Source: the human T2T-CHM13v2.0 reference genome, Homo sapiens. Taken from it: a DNA stretch of 64,000 bases. The notes beneath the pieces were generated by a model, which was not told the DNA's origin, did no database searches, and saw nothing but the letters and a program-made list of their open reading frames with translations. Both the position numbers and the translations under genes were made by a program. This document shows, piece by piece, positions 11,621-27,000 of the stretch (within the stretch, counting starts at the first letter, position 1; each line of letters starts with the position of its first letter). Location of the stretch: assembly GCF_009914755.1 (NCBI RefSeq), contig NC_060938.1, one strand, 5' to 3'.

Positions 11621-14600
11621 TCATGCAGTCTCTAGGCAGGGACCCTTAAGGCTCTGGAATGAAAGTGGGATGCAAATCTCGGTCACCCACTCACTCTCCA
11701 CCCCCAACAGTCTCCCCATTCCAGCAGTTCTGCCTGAAGCTCTCCTTCTTTCTCATGGGTCAGCTTCTCTACTCAAAGTACCCAGTCCATTCTTGCTCCC
11801 ACAGGGAAGGCCGGGTTCAATCTCAGTTAATCAGGCTAGAAACCTAAATAAATCCTCTGTGAAGTGCCAGACTCCTCTGTTTTCTGCCTGAAGGGAAAAG
11901 GCCATTTAAAATGGCCCAAAGCAAAAAAGATTAGATACCCAGACCTAATCTCAAAGGAAAAGGAAGGGGAGGTAAACATTACTCTCTATGGAAGTGAGAA
12001 CACAGAAATCAGCATCTCACCAAATTATTCTAGTGCCCTGGGTACATGGCGGACTCTGAGGACAGTGTCTGCTATATAGCATGGCACTGACCATGGCCTA
12101 TAGTAATTACTGATTTACTCTCTATGTCACCATCTTTGAACTGTCAACTCTATGGGGGAAAAGACTGAGCTTTATTTAATTTTCCATCTCTCACTGCTAT
12201 CACATAACTTGAAAGGTCAGTGCTCACCAAATGATTGTTAAATAAGTGAAATAAATGAATGACAGGAATAATAAATAAATATTCATGTGCTTTGTAAAAG
12301 AATTGATTGCTCGTGAAAGCCAATGCAAGAGAGAGGGCAGCCTGATATGGCACAGCCCAGCTTGAATGACCACCTCCAAAGTGTCATAAGGGGTACTGTG
12401 TCAGAAACTACTGATTGTTCCCCAGTATCCATTTTCTTCTTCTTCTAAAGTCATATAATTTTTAGCAGGGCCCAGGAACACTCAGAAAAAAAAAATATTC
12501 TCGGCATCCCTGGCATCTTAGTGTGGCCTGTGGCCATGTTCTGGCCAACAGGATATTTGGACGGATATGAAAATTATGTGTGTCCTTCAAGGAAGGAAAG
12601 TGTAGCACTTCACAGTGGCTGGGATGAGGATATGCCATGAGCCACTTTGGACCATGCTGAATGAACAGTACCCTATGGCTGACAAACCAAAGGGAGAGGA
12701 GACTGTATCTCTAATACAGTGAAGTCTTTAAACCAGCATTGGACTTCTTATGTCTAGCCTGTAAAAAGTCATTATTATGTTGGGTCTCAATTACAGAAAG
12801 TGAGTCCATATCCTTATGAACATTGATGATTATTCAGTTTCCTACTTCATTAAGATTGACCCCCCCGCCCCCGACACACACAAGCAGTATAGAGCTTCTT
12901 GCTAAGGTCAGCTGAAAATAAACATTGATAATGTTTAAAAGAATGTTAAAGCCATCACAATGAATAATGATTTAGAAGAGATTCTGATGCTTTCATCCTT
13001 AATTTGCCACAGGAGAGCTGGAAAAATATAAACTCTGAGTTCTGCCTCATATGAATTAAAATACACTACCAGTTATACATTCTGTAATTCTTCTTCAATT
13101 TGGCAAGATTTGTTGAGTTCATAAAAAACAATGTCCATTTCCCCACTCTGCCTCCTATTTGCTTTATATTAAACAGGCCTGTGGATTTGTACTGACACAG
13201 CAAACAAAGGCAAGGTCAAATATTATGTGGTAAACTTAATCAGTATGGAAAACCAGGGTAACTCTGAGTCTGGTAGATTCCATAGTCTAAATATTTTTCC
13301 CAATTTATTTCTCCTCTGCCACCCCACTGCCACTGCCTCTTAGTTTCTTGAAAGTAAATTTATTGCCTCTAATCCCAGCACCTTCCAATTAAGCCACTGA
13401 AAATAAGAGTGCTTTTTACAAAATGAAAACCCGACAATATACTTTTGCTGCTCAAACATATTCTAAAGATCCCTAAAATCTTCAAGATAGGGCTCCAAAT
13501 CCAGAAAGAACAGACTTTTGTGATCTGGTCTCTGTCCCCTCACCTCCTACCCTATTGAACTACTCAGTATTCCACAAATTTCTTACCCTTGTTGCCATCT
13601 TCATGTTTTTATGTTGCTCTTCCAATTGACATGAGCAGTATCTCTCCCAGTGTGTCTTACGATAATTTCCTATTCTTCATCCCCTTAAAAATGTTTCTCA
13701 GATTTTCCCATGGTAATTCTTCTTGCCTGCTCCCAACGCATCCTCTCAATACCTCTATAATGGGATTTAAACTGTACTGTTTGTTTCCTCTTCACTAGCT
13801 TTCACTTGCTCTTGAAGGAACGTGTCATAAGTCTATATCTCTCCATCTCTGGCATCTCGCACCCTGCCTGCCATAGAGTAACCACTAGGTAAATGTCAGA
13901 TAAATGAATGAAATCTAATTATACAACCCTTTCCCCATTTCAAAAATATCTTCCATTTTTTAAGTTTTTATTTTGACTTGAAATATCTGGAAAATTGACT
14001 TAACTCTCCCTTTTAACTCAACACTGTTAAGTCAAATCAGGGCAGTTCCAGAAAGGACAGAAGGCATCTACAAAGGGCCCCTGCCAACACTGATCACTTA
14101 ACCAACTGAGAAGGGTGCCTGTTTGAAGGCAGAGCCATTGCCTTTACTATTATAGAAACCCAAATTGGAACAGAAGGATTTATGCGAGCTCAGAATTCAT
14201 AATAATGACTGTTAATAACACAGCAGAGGAATACAATCAAAATTGTCATAGTTGCATGCAAAATAACAACTTTAATTGGCAAAATTAAACTTCTAATAGC
14301 CAAAGCTCTATCAAGGTGGCTGAACTCCTTTTGGAGCCAAAGTGACTTGGATAATAGAAACTACATCTGATGTATTTTAAGGTCTTCTGTTACCATATGT
14401 GCTCCACTCACTGTGACAGATGGGTATTGATATTTTTTTCTCAACTGCACAAAAGCTAGCTGAAGCATATGCAAAACTCTTAATGGCATTAAAGTTTTGC
14501 CAATTAAAAACATGTTCAGGCATTTGATACAGTACTTGATACCATGTTTTGCAAGTTCCATTCTAAATTTTAAATCATGATTTTTATTACATTGTTTGTC

Positions 14601-15717
14601 AAGCTAGTGTGACTAAAACAATTATCACATGGGTCATTTTGTAGCCATTTTATCATTTTGGCACCTGTCAGAATTAATGATGAAAAAGCAGTAGAGTCAA
14701 TAAAGAGTTATAGAAAAAATAAAATATTGCTACAAATAATGTGTATGAAAAGAGAACATGTTGCATGTTTTCAATGTGGCTCATACATTACTAAAGATAA
14801 GCAGATTTGAGGGGGATACAACTATGCCATTAACATAAAGGTAGATCTCTCTCAACTGATTATTCAAAGTTATTTCTTTCTTTCAAGTAACCACAAAATT
14901 CAGAGCAATTTCTATTGGATGAAATGATTTTAAGAGACTGAAGTTTTCTATATTGTCTTAGTTAATCAGTTTTTGTTTTACGCTTGTTTGTTTCATATCA
15001 GCATTTTAAGGGACTTTTAATTTGCTCCCTGCTCCTTCAGCTGGGCCGTACACATAGTTCTCTCTCTGGATGTTTAAGACCTTGAGAAAGACATTTTACC
15101 TTTTGATCATACTGTTTTTGCAGTGTCTATGAATATGTATTTAAATGAGTCAGTGGACTTTCTCCTAAAGATAGTGGAAACTTTCAAATGTGTACACTTG
15201 CTTATGTCAGTATGGGTGCTTGTGTTTTTGTTAATTGATTTCATAACCTTCCCTTTACCAAGTTGCTACCTCTTTTGTAATGACCTCAAGCAGATACTAG
15301 GGGAAAGGAGGTAAAGGAGAGGAAAAACGAATCAATAAAGAAGTTTCAAAATGAGTTAGTATTAGATTGATTTTAAACTCCTCCAGAATCAATCAGGTAC
15401 ATTTATTGAAGTGATGTTTGGAGTTAATTCAGTTAAGGAAACATGATACCCAAACAGGTTACATACATAGTTGCCTAAAGCCTCAGAAACAATTGACAGA
15501 CTCCAGGATTAGAGCCGCCTTCTGATTCCTATAGTGGAAATAGTGCCTTTTTCACTACAGTACAGGACACTACGCGGCACTGCCTGATAGATACTGCTGT
15601 TCTGCCTTCCAAATGGAACAATCGCTTTCTGGATGTAAACAATGCCTATCTGTTACCTAGGGGCAGATAATTCTGATGATAGGACCCAAAAGCCATCTAA
15701 GTCCAGCAACAACAACT

Positions 15718-16660
15718 ATTTTCGCAACCTACTCATCTGACAAAGGGCTAATATCCAGAATCTACAATGAACTCAAACAAATTTACAAGAAAAAAACAAA
15801 CAACCCCATCAAAAAGTGGGCGAAGGACACGAACAGACACTTCTCAAAAAAAGACATTTATGCAGCCAAAAAACACATGAAAAAATGCTCACCATCACTG
15901 GCCATCAGAGAAATGCAAATCAAAACCACAATGAGATACCATCTCACACCAGTTAGAATGGCAATCATTAAAAAGTCAGGAAACAACAGGTGCTGGAGAG
16001 GATGTGGAGAAATAGGAACACTTTTACACTGTTGGTGGGACTGTAAACTAGTTCAACCATTGTGGAAGTCAGTGTGGCGATTCCTCAGGGATCTAGAACT
16101 AGAAATACCATTTGACCCAGCCATCCCATTACTGAGTATATACCCAAAGGACTATAAATCATGCTGCTATAAAGACACATGCACACGTATGTTTATTGCA
16201 GCATTATTCACAATAGCAAAGACTTGGAACCAACCCAAATGTCCAACAATGATAGACTGGATTAAGAAAATGTGGCACGTATACACCATGGAATACTATG
16301 CAGCCATAAAAAGTTATGAGTTCATGTCCTTTGTAGGGACATGGATGAAATTGGAGATCATCATTCTCAGTAAATTATCACAAGAACAAAAAACCAAACA
16401 CCGCATATTCTCACTCATAGGTGGGAATTGAACAATGAGTACACATGGACACAGGAAGGGGAACATCACACTCTGGGGACTGTTGTGGGGTGGGGGGAGG
16501 GGGGAGGGATAGCACTGGGAGATATACCTAATGCTAGATGACGAGTTAGTGGTGCAGCGCACCAGCATGGCACATGTATACACATGTAACTAACCTGCAC
16601 ATTGTGCACATGTACCCTAAAACTTAAAGTATAATAATAATAAAAAACAATAAAAAAAAG
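15718..16660 (+). mobile_element. 5'-truncated young L1 (L1PA2-like): ORF2 C-terminus, 3' UTR and poly(A)
   Basis: Uninterrupted ORF2 end ([16 protein letters not shown]...[18 protein letters not shown]...[10 protein letters not shown], stop at 16431). The 3' UTR has the G-rich tract and the diagnostic CTAGATGACGAGTTAGT (GAG rather than the Ta ACA), followed by an A-rich tail. Confidence 0.96.
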
Positions 16661-19600
16661 AAAGGGGCATAAAAGTATCTGGTTAAAAACAGATTGAACT
16701 TTTCAGATTGGGACATCACATTGTTCTCTGAGGTTTGGTGATGCTTAACATTTGTTAGGGGGGATCAAGCGGCTGCCCTCCAAAATCCGTTTACTGCAAT
16801 GATTAGACATGAGCAGGACAATAGAGGGAAAAGGGGAACAAAGTCGAGTGTTCTCCAGTCTCGTACCAGTTTTGCAGGCAATGTAGACTCAGTACCTCAC
16901 TCTCTGGTCCACAATGCACATCACTGAGTTGGTAAGCTAGAGTTTTTATAAAGATCAAGAGAAATTTTCATTTCATTCTAGCCATGGAAATGCCGCCAAA
17001 ATCTGAAAGCCTGAACTCTGCAGGAATGAGAGAACAGTTGGCTTCTGCATCTGAAATAGACTCTGGCAATGGTGTGAGCATGTAGCTAGGTCGCATTTTG
17101 CAAAATAGAAGCCATTATCTTTAGCATATCAACCAGACAGAATTAAATTGTAATTACATGGAGACATCCAAAAGCAAGCTATTTTGTCTTCAGTTAAATT
17201 CAAAGAAGTGTAATCGAGATTACCAATTTGAAAAGAAGTTTAGACAGGCAATAAATGTGGCTAGAAGAAACATGGAATTAGAAATTTAAAAACCACAGTC
17301 TGAATTTTAAAGACTGGTAAATAATATTTCGGAAACCCAAGTAACGTGCTATATTGAATTTTTCCATCCCTAGATTATGGAAAAGAGATGTGAATTTTCT
17401 GCAAGTTTCACTGATTTGTTAACCAACTTCTTTCCTTATCACAGAGTTTCATTTGCTTTTTAAGAAGTAAATATGAAGATACTCGTTATTAAAGTGTTGT
17501 AAAGAGTCATATACTGTTAGAAAATTGCTTACCCAAAGAAACAGATTAATTCCACTTTACTCTCAGTCCTCTTTAATATGGGAATCAGGCCTCTGCTGTG
17601 GGAGAAAAATATTTTTAGAAAAGATAAAAATCGGGTCAGTTACTGTGCAGACTGAAAAAATAGCCTGTATCTATTTAAGATGGCCAAGAAGAAAAGGTAA
17701 AGACAAGTTCACCCACCAGCACATTTCCCAATAATCAGATCATTCCCGAGGGAAACTTCAGTGGTTTTCTGCTTTACAACCACTTGATTAGATTCTGATC
17801 AAAGAAGCTAATAGCTAGTTAACTTTGTAAACCTTAGTTTAAAATTTTGACCCACCAGACTTGAAAGTAAACTGCAAATTAGGTTTTTTTTGTTTTGTTT
17901 TGTTTTGTTTTTTAATTCCACATCTTTCAGCAATCTGATGAAGTGGTCATTCTGGCCAAGCTAAAAGGGGAATTAGCAATTCCCCTTCAGAGAAGCCCTT
18001 TGTTCTCCTTTCAGTGCTGAAGATGAGCAGCCTGGCTCCTTCCCAAAGTGTGTTGCAGCAATAAAATATGGTGACAAAGGCATTTTCATGAAGATTCTTT
18101 ACAAAGTCCAGTTAAGTATGTGTAACGTACATACATGAACATAAACTAATTAGTTGAGAGACAGAAACTAAATTCACCTTGAAAAAAAAAAATGAAATCG
18201 GGTAATATGAAAGATTCCAGAGGAATTCCAGAGTAATTTTAAATGCCATGTTATTCATTGTATGGCTAATGTGAACTTTATATCCAGAAAAAATTGGAGT
18301 CTAATTATTTCCTTACATATTTGTTTTTGTAAATGTCACAAATAAGGCAATGGGCAAAGCAATGTCTGAACAATGTGCTGACATTTTTCTCCTAGTTCAG
18401 GTGCCTCTCAGCACCTTCCATCTTAGTAGCCTCTGTCCAGAGCCTTTTAATTCCAATGGTACAAATGAAGAATTTGAATATGTTATTTCTATCAAAGAGC
18501 TTCAAATCCAAGAACAAATACCTCCCTTTCTGCCACTTAGGTTACACAGAGACATATACTTGGCATCACTTTGATAGATCCAGGTACCGTTTTTCTTACA
18601 CATAAATAACCTTAACCTCCCCTTGACTAACCTTTTATAATTCATGTTTTCATTCTTCTATTTACTCTTCAGTTTCCATTTGCCCTCCATAGCAAATCCA
18701 AGTTACTAAATGCAGCCAGAAGGCCTTCCATTTATCACCTCTACCAGGTCAGTCTGAGTGTGTGACAATTTATAATGCTACCTTTAACTAAATAGTGAAC
18801 ATTTGAGAAAGATAAGGCAGCTTCCAAAGCTGGCCATTATCCAAGATAGTGAGTAGTTCATTCAGTAGGAGAAACTTAGGTTTGAGAGTATCTTCCAGGA
18901 GCAAAACTTCCTATGGGCACCAGAAAGAGAAACCCATGGGATGTGTATGTCCGTTCACCCTGACTATGTAAGCCTTTCTGAAAACAAACCAAGCAGGAAA
19001 CTAAAAGCAGCCAGTATTTTATTTTTATTTTTTGTTCTTATTCATAAGTCTATCAAATAGCTTAGCTAACAAATGCATCAACTCATTCTCTGGCTTGGAT
19101 TTGCGTTACATTTGGCCTTCACAAATACTGTCCAGATGTTGGCTAAATTGTGTCTGCTTTCAACAGAAGGTCAATAAACTGAGAAAACTGGCTTTGTGTT
19201 TTCTACAAATTTATTGATCCAAATCCTAGTAATGAAATTAAACCACAGTAGGGATAACCAAGGCTTGAGATGGAGGAAAAGAGCTAAATATTTTTCTCTT
19301 GTCTACTCCAAGCATAACTATAATTTCTCCACAAATTAATTTACATTTTGGAGAGGGCCAGTGGTTGTTAAGGAAGAGAAGAGGAAGAAGAAAATGATGG
19401 TGGGGAGATTAGGGTGAGAAGAGAACAAAGAGAAGGAAGTGTGAGAGGCTGATAAAAGGACAAGATGCAAGGTAAAATTAGAACAGGCTAAATAATAGTG
19501 GCTACTCACCCTCAAAACAGTTACATAGGAGTTCCACTGCTCCTCATGCCCCACTGTTGCACATGTACACACTCTGTAAGTTGTAGGGCTGCCATAGATG

Positions 19601-22600
19601 TAAGTAAAGTCCTGTGCAAGTGCCTGTGTTCCATTTTCTTAACCCCTATAGAAATAATCAGGTGTTTTTCTCACCTATGATCCCAGTGCTTAGGATTTGA
19701 AAGCCAGGTCAATGAGTCAGAGAGATATAGTATCACAAGACATCTTTGGGTGTCATGTAATTATCATTAAAACTGTCTTAATTCTTTCAGATTACCAAGG
19801 AGTTATTCAATATATACCATCTTATTATGCCAAATGGCATCTTGCAAAGAGAAATGTACCATGATGTAATAACTAAAACACTAAGAACATCTGACTTGGC
19901 TGGAATTTGATTTTTAAAGACTTATAAAATATATACAAAAATGGAAAAACATTCAAATTATTCACAGATAGTCATACTTTGTAATGACTTTCTTAATGTA
20001 AAATATATATGATAAAGTTGCACCAGGCTTAAAGAGATAGTATGTGGAAAAAATGATAAAAGTGTTATTTTATATTTTGATTTATTTGAAGATCAGTCTA
20101 CCACAAATTTAATTATCCTGAACAGAGATTGAAACCAGAATTACATGAAGAAAACCTTTCAGCTCAACTAAAGGAGTCATAAAATGCAAGATTTTACTCA
20201 TAAAAAAGTCTTGAAGCCAAGAGATTGCATTCAGTTAGAATTGCTTGAAACACATGACAGCCAATTAGAAGCAGGAAAAAACCACAAACTGATAGAAATG
20301 AGAAATAGCTGTTTAAAGAAGAGACCTAAGGGGGGAAAAAAGGAATAAAACTATAATCTGGGCTTATTTGGAGAAGAGGAAAATAACCTCAAGACCCTTA
20401 ATAATTTCTGAAGGATAATGTTTTTTAGTGCATTTTGACAATATTGAATGATGAAGAAAATATTTGATATTATCAGTTAGATTAAAGGAAACCTGACATT
20501 TTGAAAATAGTTTTATTTTAAAAACTATTAAAATACACTGTTGATGCTTAAATGGGTGAAAATAGTGACATAATATGAATAGGTGTGAAAGAAAAGGAAA
20601 TGAAAAGAACAATCAATCAATCAGATATTAGAGGATTACAGGTACCCAATTCAATCAGTGAATCCATAAATTCCCCTTCCCTTGTTTCACTGAGGAGAGA
20701 ATGTCCTGATGACGGCAATCTTAAGTACGATAACACTTTGTATAAAAGGCACACATCAAATCCAGGGATGAAGATCAAAGATGAAGGCGGGAAGAGAATG
20801 CATCTTTATCCTGCTGAAAAAAAATTATTATGCCCTCCACAATAGAAGGAATGCCTGGTTGAAAACAACAGTAGACGAGAGGAGAGTGCAAAAAGGTAGG
20901 AGTGGTATGAGATGAAGCCCGAGATGCCAAGTAGAGACAAGACCATGCAGAGCCTTCTAGGCATATTAAGGGCATTTAATCCTGATCTTTTAAGCAAAAG
21001 GAACCCACCAAAGTGTTTTAAACAGGGAAGTGACATGACTAAATATGAATTTACAAAGGCTCATTCTGGAAGTAGAATAGAAAGGGGTATAGGATTCTGG
21101 GAAAGAATCCAGGAACAAATGGATGGTTATGGTGGTAATGGAATGGCAATATGGAAAGTGATGGTGAAGGATTGAATAATGTAGCTTAAGTGCAGAGAAG
21201 AGTTAAGAATGTGCTTATGTTCTGAGGTAGTAAGTGGTGCCTGGTATTAAAATAGTGGACATAGAGATGAAGTGAAGATCATGGGTTTAGTTTTGGACAT
21301 GATAAGTTTAAAGAAGCTTTAAGACATCCACGAACTAATGGAGGCTGTTGGACAGACAAGTCTAGAGCTTAGAGAATGAGTTTGGGGTAGTTAGATAAAC
21401 ATGTTCTAGATACAGAACCACAGAAATACTGACTATGGTTTTGCTTAGGATGATTATTTTCCTTCTGTACCATAATTCAGTCACACTCCAATAAAGATTG
21501 TAGTATTTTAGCAGTCTGCTTAGAACTGGCACCAGCTATTACACGAAACAATCCGAAAATCCTCTAAACTGAAGTAAGAATTCACCAGGATGAAATGCAT
21601 CTCCATTCTGATGACATTTTAGGTTATATTGCAACTGGGAATCTATAGACCTGTGAGCAAATTTATTTTTTTGGAATCTGATATGGTACTTTATTATCTC
21701 TTTTGGGCCCAGTCTTATATGTCCCATAGCAGAAACCACTGTTTGTTGATCCAAGAATTCCTTATCCTTCTTTGTTAATAGAACCAACTTCTTTCTATAT
21801 TCAGGGGAAGGAGACTCCCTTTCTAGTTCTTGCTTAGTCTAAGACAGTAATTGACTTAAAAGGGCTTTTTTAAATTCCTAATATTTTTTACCATAACTAA
21901 TGAAAATAAAAACCACTCAACAAGCTTATTGTTACATATTCTTAACGTATGTTAATTCAAGAAACACTGTGTTCACTTTGTTCCCAGTGTGAGATAAGTG
22001 TATGATAAGCTCCATGAGGCAGGACTGTGCTGTCATGGCCAATGGCCCTCAAAAGGCACTCAATAATTGCTACCTGAAAAGAGAATGACCAAGTGGGATT
22101 TCTGCATAAGAAAACTGAAGCTTGTCATTCACTTTAGAAAAAAATCTAAAGGCTTCTGGAAAATATTTTCTTTCCTTTGAGAAGCAGATACCAGTAAAAA
22201 CTATCTGCATTTTATATTTCTGGACAATACTTTGTCTGTATTGACACCAAAAACTGCTGCATTTATTAAGTTCTAGCCTGAAGATAAAGGTGACACAAGG
22301 AAGCAGAGTTAAGAGAGCCACGAAGAAGAGAGCTGGAGCCCCAGCTTGGAGTCCCAAACCTATGTAAGCTGCCCAAGTGAGATAATAAATTTCATTATTG
22401 TTCAGGTCAAGTTGAACTAGTATCCTGTTATTTGTAGGCTTAGGCATCCTAACTTACAAAGTACCATTTCTACTTGAAAACAACACACTGTTAGGCATGA
22501 CTAACTTTGTGAATATGTCAGATGACATCTGGTTCATGAAACTTATCCCAAAGTTTTGGAGAGAATATTCCAGTACGCATTAAACTATTAAACCCAAACA

Positions 22601-23110
22601 GACACAGTAAATGGGAAGGGATAGGAATTCTGTGTTTTATCAGACTTTTCTTTCACCATTTTTACAAATATGATTTATCAAAACAGCTAAAGGAACTGTC
22701 ATGGGGTTTTTTTGCTGCAGGGATTATCAGAATTAGCATCATTATTATAGTAAACCTGCATGATGTACACTAGCATGATGTACACTAGTAAGATGAGGTG
22801 GTCAAAGTCCCTATAAATCAAATCATGTCACAGATCCCATCGTAGAGTATACTTCTCCATTGGAAGTACAATAATAGTATTCATCTGCCCTGCCAAGTGA
22901 AGGCAAACTTTGAGGATTGAGAGATACAAACAAAAGGTTAATGAAATCAATAACTATGTCCCAAGTGTCATGATTTTTATTAATTTAGAGCTAAAGGAAA
23001 TTATTTCCAGAACAGAAGCAGCATTAAGGTCAACCTTGATTACTATACTTGTAATCCATGGCTGTTCCTAGGTGTCATCAAGCTTTCTGTATTAGCCAAC
23101 ATGAATTTAA

Positions 23111-23445
<335 letters not shown>

Positions 23446-23469
23446 CAGATTGATTTTTTTTTAATGGGC

Positions 23470-24000
23470 CCTGTACTCCACCTCTCTCTGTAGCCACACT
23501 CTTTGCCATATGACTTTATAATTCTTATTAAAGATACATAGTCGCTTTTCCCACTCTTTGGCTCTGGGATGGTCTTATGACTTGTTTTGGCCAACAGAAT
23601 GAGGCAGAAATTATGGTGTGTCACCTCTGAATGTAGTTCTCAAGAGAACATGTATATTTCTGCTTGCTTTCTCTGTTGGTCCTTTCCATTAAAATATGTC
23701 CGTGCTAGCCAGGTGGACGATGAGACACATGGAACAGAATTGAGTTGCTCCGGTCATCCCAGCCTAGGCTATTCTAGATCAGTCCCAGACATGTGACTTG
23801 ATTTGCCCATAGCCCAAATCAAGAGTCACCTAGCTGATTCATATATTTTCTTGAGCTATGCAAGCTGACATCAGCTGAACTCAACCCAGAGCAGTTGAAT
23901 CTCAGATTCATGATCAAAATAAGTTACGATTATTGCTTGGCACTGAGATGTTGGTGGTCATTTATTATACAGCATTATTTTGCCAAAGGTTAATTGATAC
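23470..24000 (+). mobile_element. Old MaLR LTR (MLT1F/G-like)
   Basis: GACTTGTTTTGGCCAACAGAATGAGGCAGAAAT...CACTGAGATGTTGGTGGTCATTTATTATACAGCATTA...TAATTGATAC. Boundaries approximate. Confidence 0.6.
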
Positions 24001-27000
24001 TCCATGCTTTCCTTTGCAAGTCTTTTATGTTAGTGATGTTTTCCACAATACCCCATAATTGTAGAATTTATTGTTTTTGATTCTATAATGTAGTACGCTG
24101 CTTGTTATGAGTGGAGATCTTGAAGGTCCTTCAGTTGAATCCTCTTACTGTAATAGCCCTTATCTTAGAGGTCAGTTTGTTAGAGGGATGATGGGGACAT
24201 TCTGGTAGTTGCCATTAATTTTCCAATCTCAACACTCTCCTGTACTGCATAAGGCCTACAACCTACTGATTGTGGCAAAGGTATCTCAACTCAATATGTC
24301 TGTAACTATATTCACGATTTTTTCAGTGAACCTGTTTCTCATCCCTTATTTCCTGTCTCAATAAGTGTCACTATCATCCTTGCATCCTTTGCTCAAGCCT
24401 GGAAATGGGTATCATCTTGAACTCTTCATCTACCTCCAAATCTAGTTAATCATAAAATGCTATGGATCATCAAAAAAAAAAAAAAAAAAGAATCTCTTTG
24501 CCTCTCTCCACATTGAATGCACTACCCTAGTCCGAATAACTTTAACCCATTTGAGTTACTACAACAGGCTCCTAACTCACTAACTAATGCAAATAGGTAA
24601 TTCACTGGAAGGATGTGGCCCCACCACTCAAAATCAAAGGCAACATTTCAGATACTAGCTCAGGAATGACAGGAGCCCAAGCAGCTCTGGAGATCCAGGC
24701 AGTAGGCATAGCGGTGACTTGTCCTTGGGTAGCACAATAATAATATTCATCTGCTCTGCCATTTTTACTTCTTCTTGTTACTCTATTCAAAATATGAAGC
24801 CAAGACAGAGAGTCTGACTGACTTATCTTAACGTCACATGCTCACCATTGCCTAGAAGAATGCAAGGCACCCAAACTGACTATTCCACCTAAAAAGAAAC
24901 TAAAATGCTATTAACAAAACAACAAGAGACCAAATGCTGCATAACCAAACAACAATATTGTCAATTCCTCTGGTATATCTGATCTTTCTCAAATCTTCTC
25001 ATTTTGTCAGAATTTCTGTTAGACTGTGTTTATACCTTTATCACAGAAACCTGGCACTACAAGAAAACTGCAAATTGGTGTTGCAATTTGACACTTTCCA
25101 AGATCATTTTCTAGTCTTATATTTAAGCAGCTTCAGCATGCTGATTGCAGAAAGATGCCCTCCTGCCTCAAGGTCATGTATAGCATGGATTGCTAGCTTC
25201 CCTTCCTGGAATATGGAATGGGGTCTTGTTCATAAAAATCTGATAATCAACATCCTACACATTCTATGCAGGTTTATGGAAACTCTTCTGTTATGGTCAA
25301 AGAAAATGTGTTGCAAGAAATGGAAGCCCAACTCAAAAGTAGCTCAAATGAGAATGCAGCAGATATGTGTGGATGTAAGAGTTAGAGGAAAGATTATTGT
25401 AAGGATAGATACATGATTTCTCATGAGTAATCAGAGTTCAGGAAGTGAGCATCAAGCCAGCCCAGTGGAACTCAGCAGCAAAAATGTATAAACTCATTCG
25501 TGGGCTTCACTAATTTATCTCAGATGCTCCATACATGTGTGCCAATTTCATCTGCTATCAACTGAGGCGGTTCTTGATGTCCCTTTCCAAATTTCTTAAA
25601 GATAAATTTGGCTGGTTCAGCATGGGCAGAAACACTTCATAGAGCTCTAGGAGGTGCAGCTATGGTAGACACTGTTGATTGCCTTCTCAATAGCCATTTA
25701 TTTACTAACAGCCAGTGTGCCCTAAACAGGAAATTTTGCTTGAACTAAGTGAATCACAGTGTACTTTGACAGTAGCTGGCTTGGGCATGCAATCCAGTTC
25801 TGCCCAATGAGATGTAAGGGAAAGTCTTCCAAGAGGACTCTGAGGAATGTCTTCTGTGATACAAGGAGATCCTAAGAAAGAATTATCTCTTTGTTCTTTA
25901 ACTACATATTGCCCAAAACTGTAAGATCTATGGCCATAAAGGGAGAAGTCTGAGGACCAAAGTGATATTCTGATCATGTTGAACAGAGCTTGATTTTTGA
26001 TAATGTTTTCTATTTACTGATTTAATCTACAAGTCTTCGATCAGGACATTTCTTGTTACATAAGGCAACAGTCCCTACATTAAGCTACTTTTAATTGCAT
26101 ATCTATTTCTTATAGTTAAAAAATCTCGTTACAGCAGAATTTCTGTTTTCTGGGAGCCTAGGTAGGAATGGAACCCTAAGACGTGTCTAATGTAGCAGGA
26201 TTAAAAAATAGTGTTTAGTCATATGTCTACCTAATTATGATTATCTCCTTTTCTGAAGTCATATACGTGAATGTAATTTTCAGAACCTCTTTATCTTATA
26301 ATGTTTTGCAATAAATATTTTCTTTGGTACTGTATAGTGGTAGATAATTGCAGATGAGTCCCATTAGTTTTTATTACTCATTTCTTTAGTCAGGATTTAG
26401 GAGCATTACAGATATATTTTGATTCTCTAAATTTTATTTATTTCTACCAATTCACCATCCTCTTCACTACTTCCTTACTACCATATAAAGAGGTATCTTT
26501 TTAACTTATATAAATTTATCTGTAAAAACCAATTTTTTAACCAAATGCGTTTTCTGCTCTGATAGGGGTGTGGCCATCAGTTTACTTATTTAGAACCATA
26601 TACATATATGGAATTGATGAGTGAAAACAAGTATCCTGAATTAAAAATCCACTTTTGTAATTTGACTAATTTTTTACTAATGTGGTAGTCCCACCTCCCA
26701 CTGTAAATAAATAGAAAACTGGTTAAACACAATATTAAAGTTGCTTTTTCTATATAACTAATAAAAAGCAAACAGGCACAACACAATGTCAGGGCCATAA
26801 CTGAACCCCCTGTATACAGAATAAAGCAGAGAAAAATTACTTTTTTTGTGGAAAAGGGAATTAGAAAATTTCTACCCAGTGATCTGGAATGGCCCAGGTA
26901 AGCTTGCCCAGAACCAAGGGTAAGGAAAATATTGCTTACAAGAAATTAACACTGCAGACCAGCAGTGCACATGAGTATGAGATCCAAATTTATTACATCT

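Noticed and set aside
15124-15310. Plus-strand exon candidate (TTTTGCAG|...GAG|GTAAAG)
   Set aside because: An isolated splice-like pair with no linked partner exons; such pseudo-exons are common.
15676-16431. 251-aa ORF as a host gene
   Set aside because: It is the L1 ORF2 C-terminus with 14 flank-derived codons; no EN or RT domain and no promoter.
16487-16510. G-quadruplex-forming tract
   Set aside because: Standard G-rich tract of the L1 3' UTR; not locus-specific.
24934-25416. 160-aa plus-strand ORF
   Set aside because: No recognisable homology or splice support; composition typical of non-coding or old-repeat DNA.
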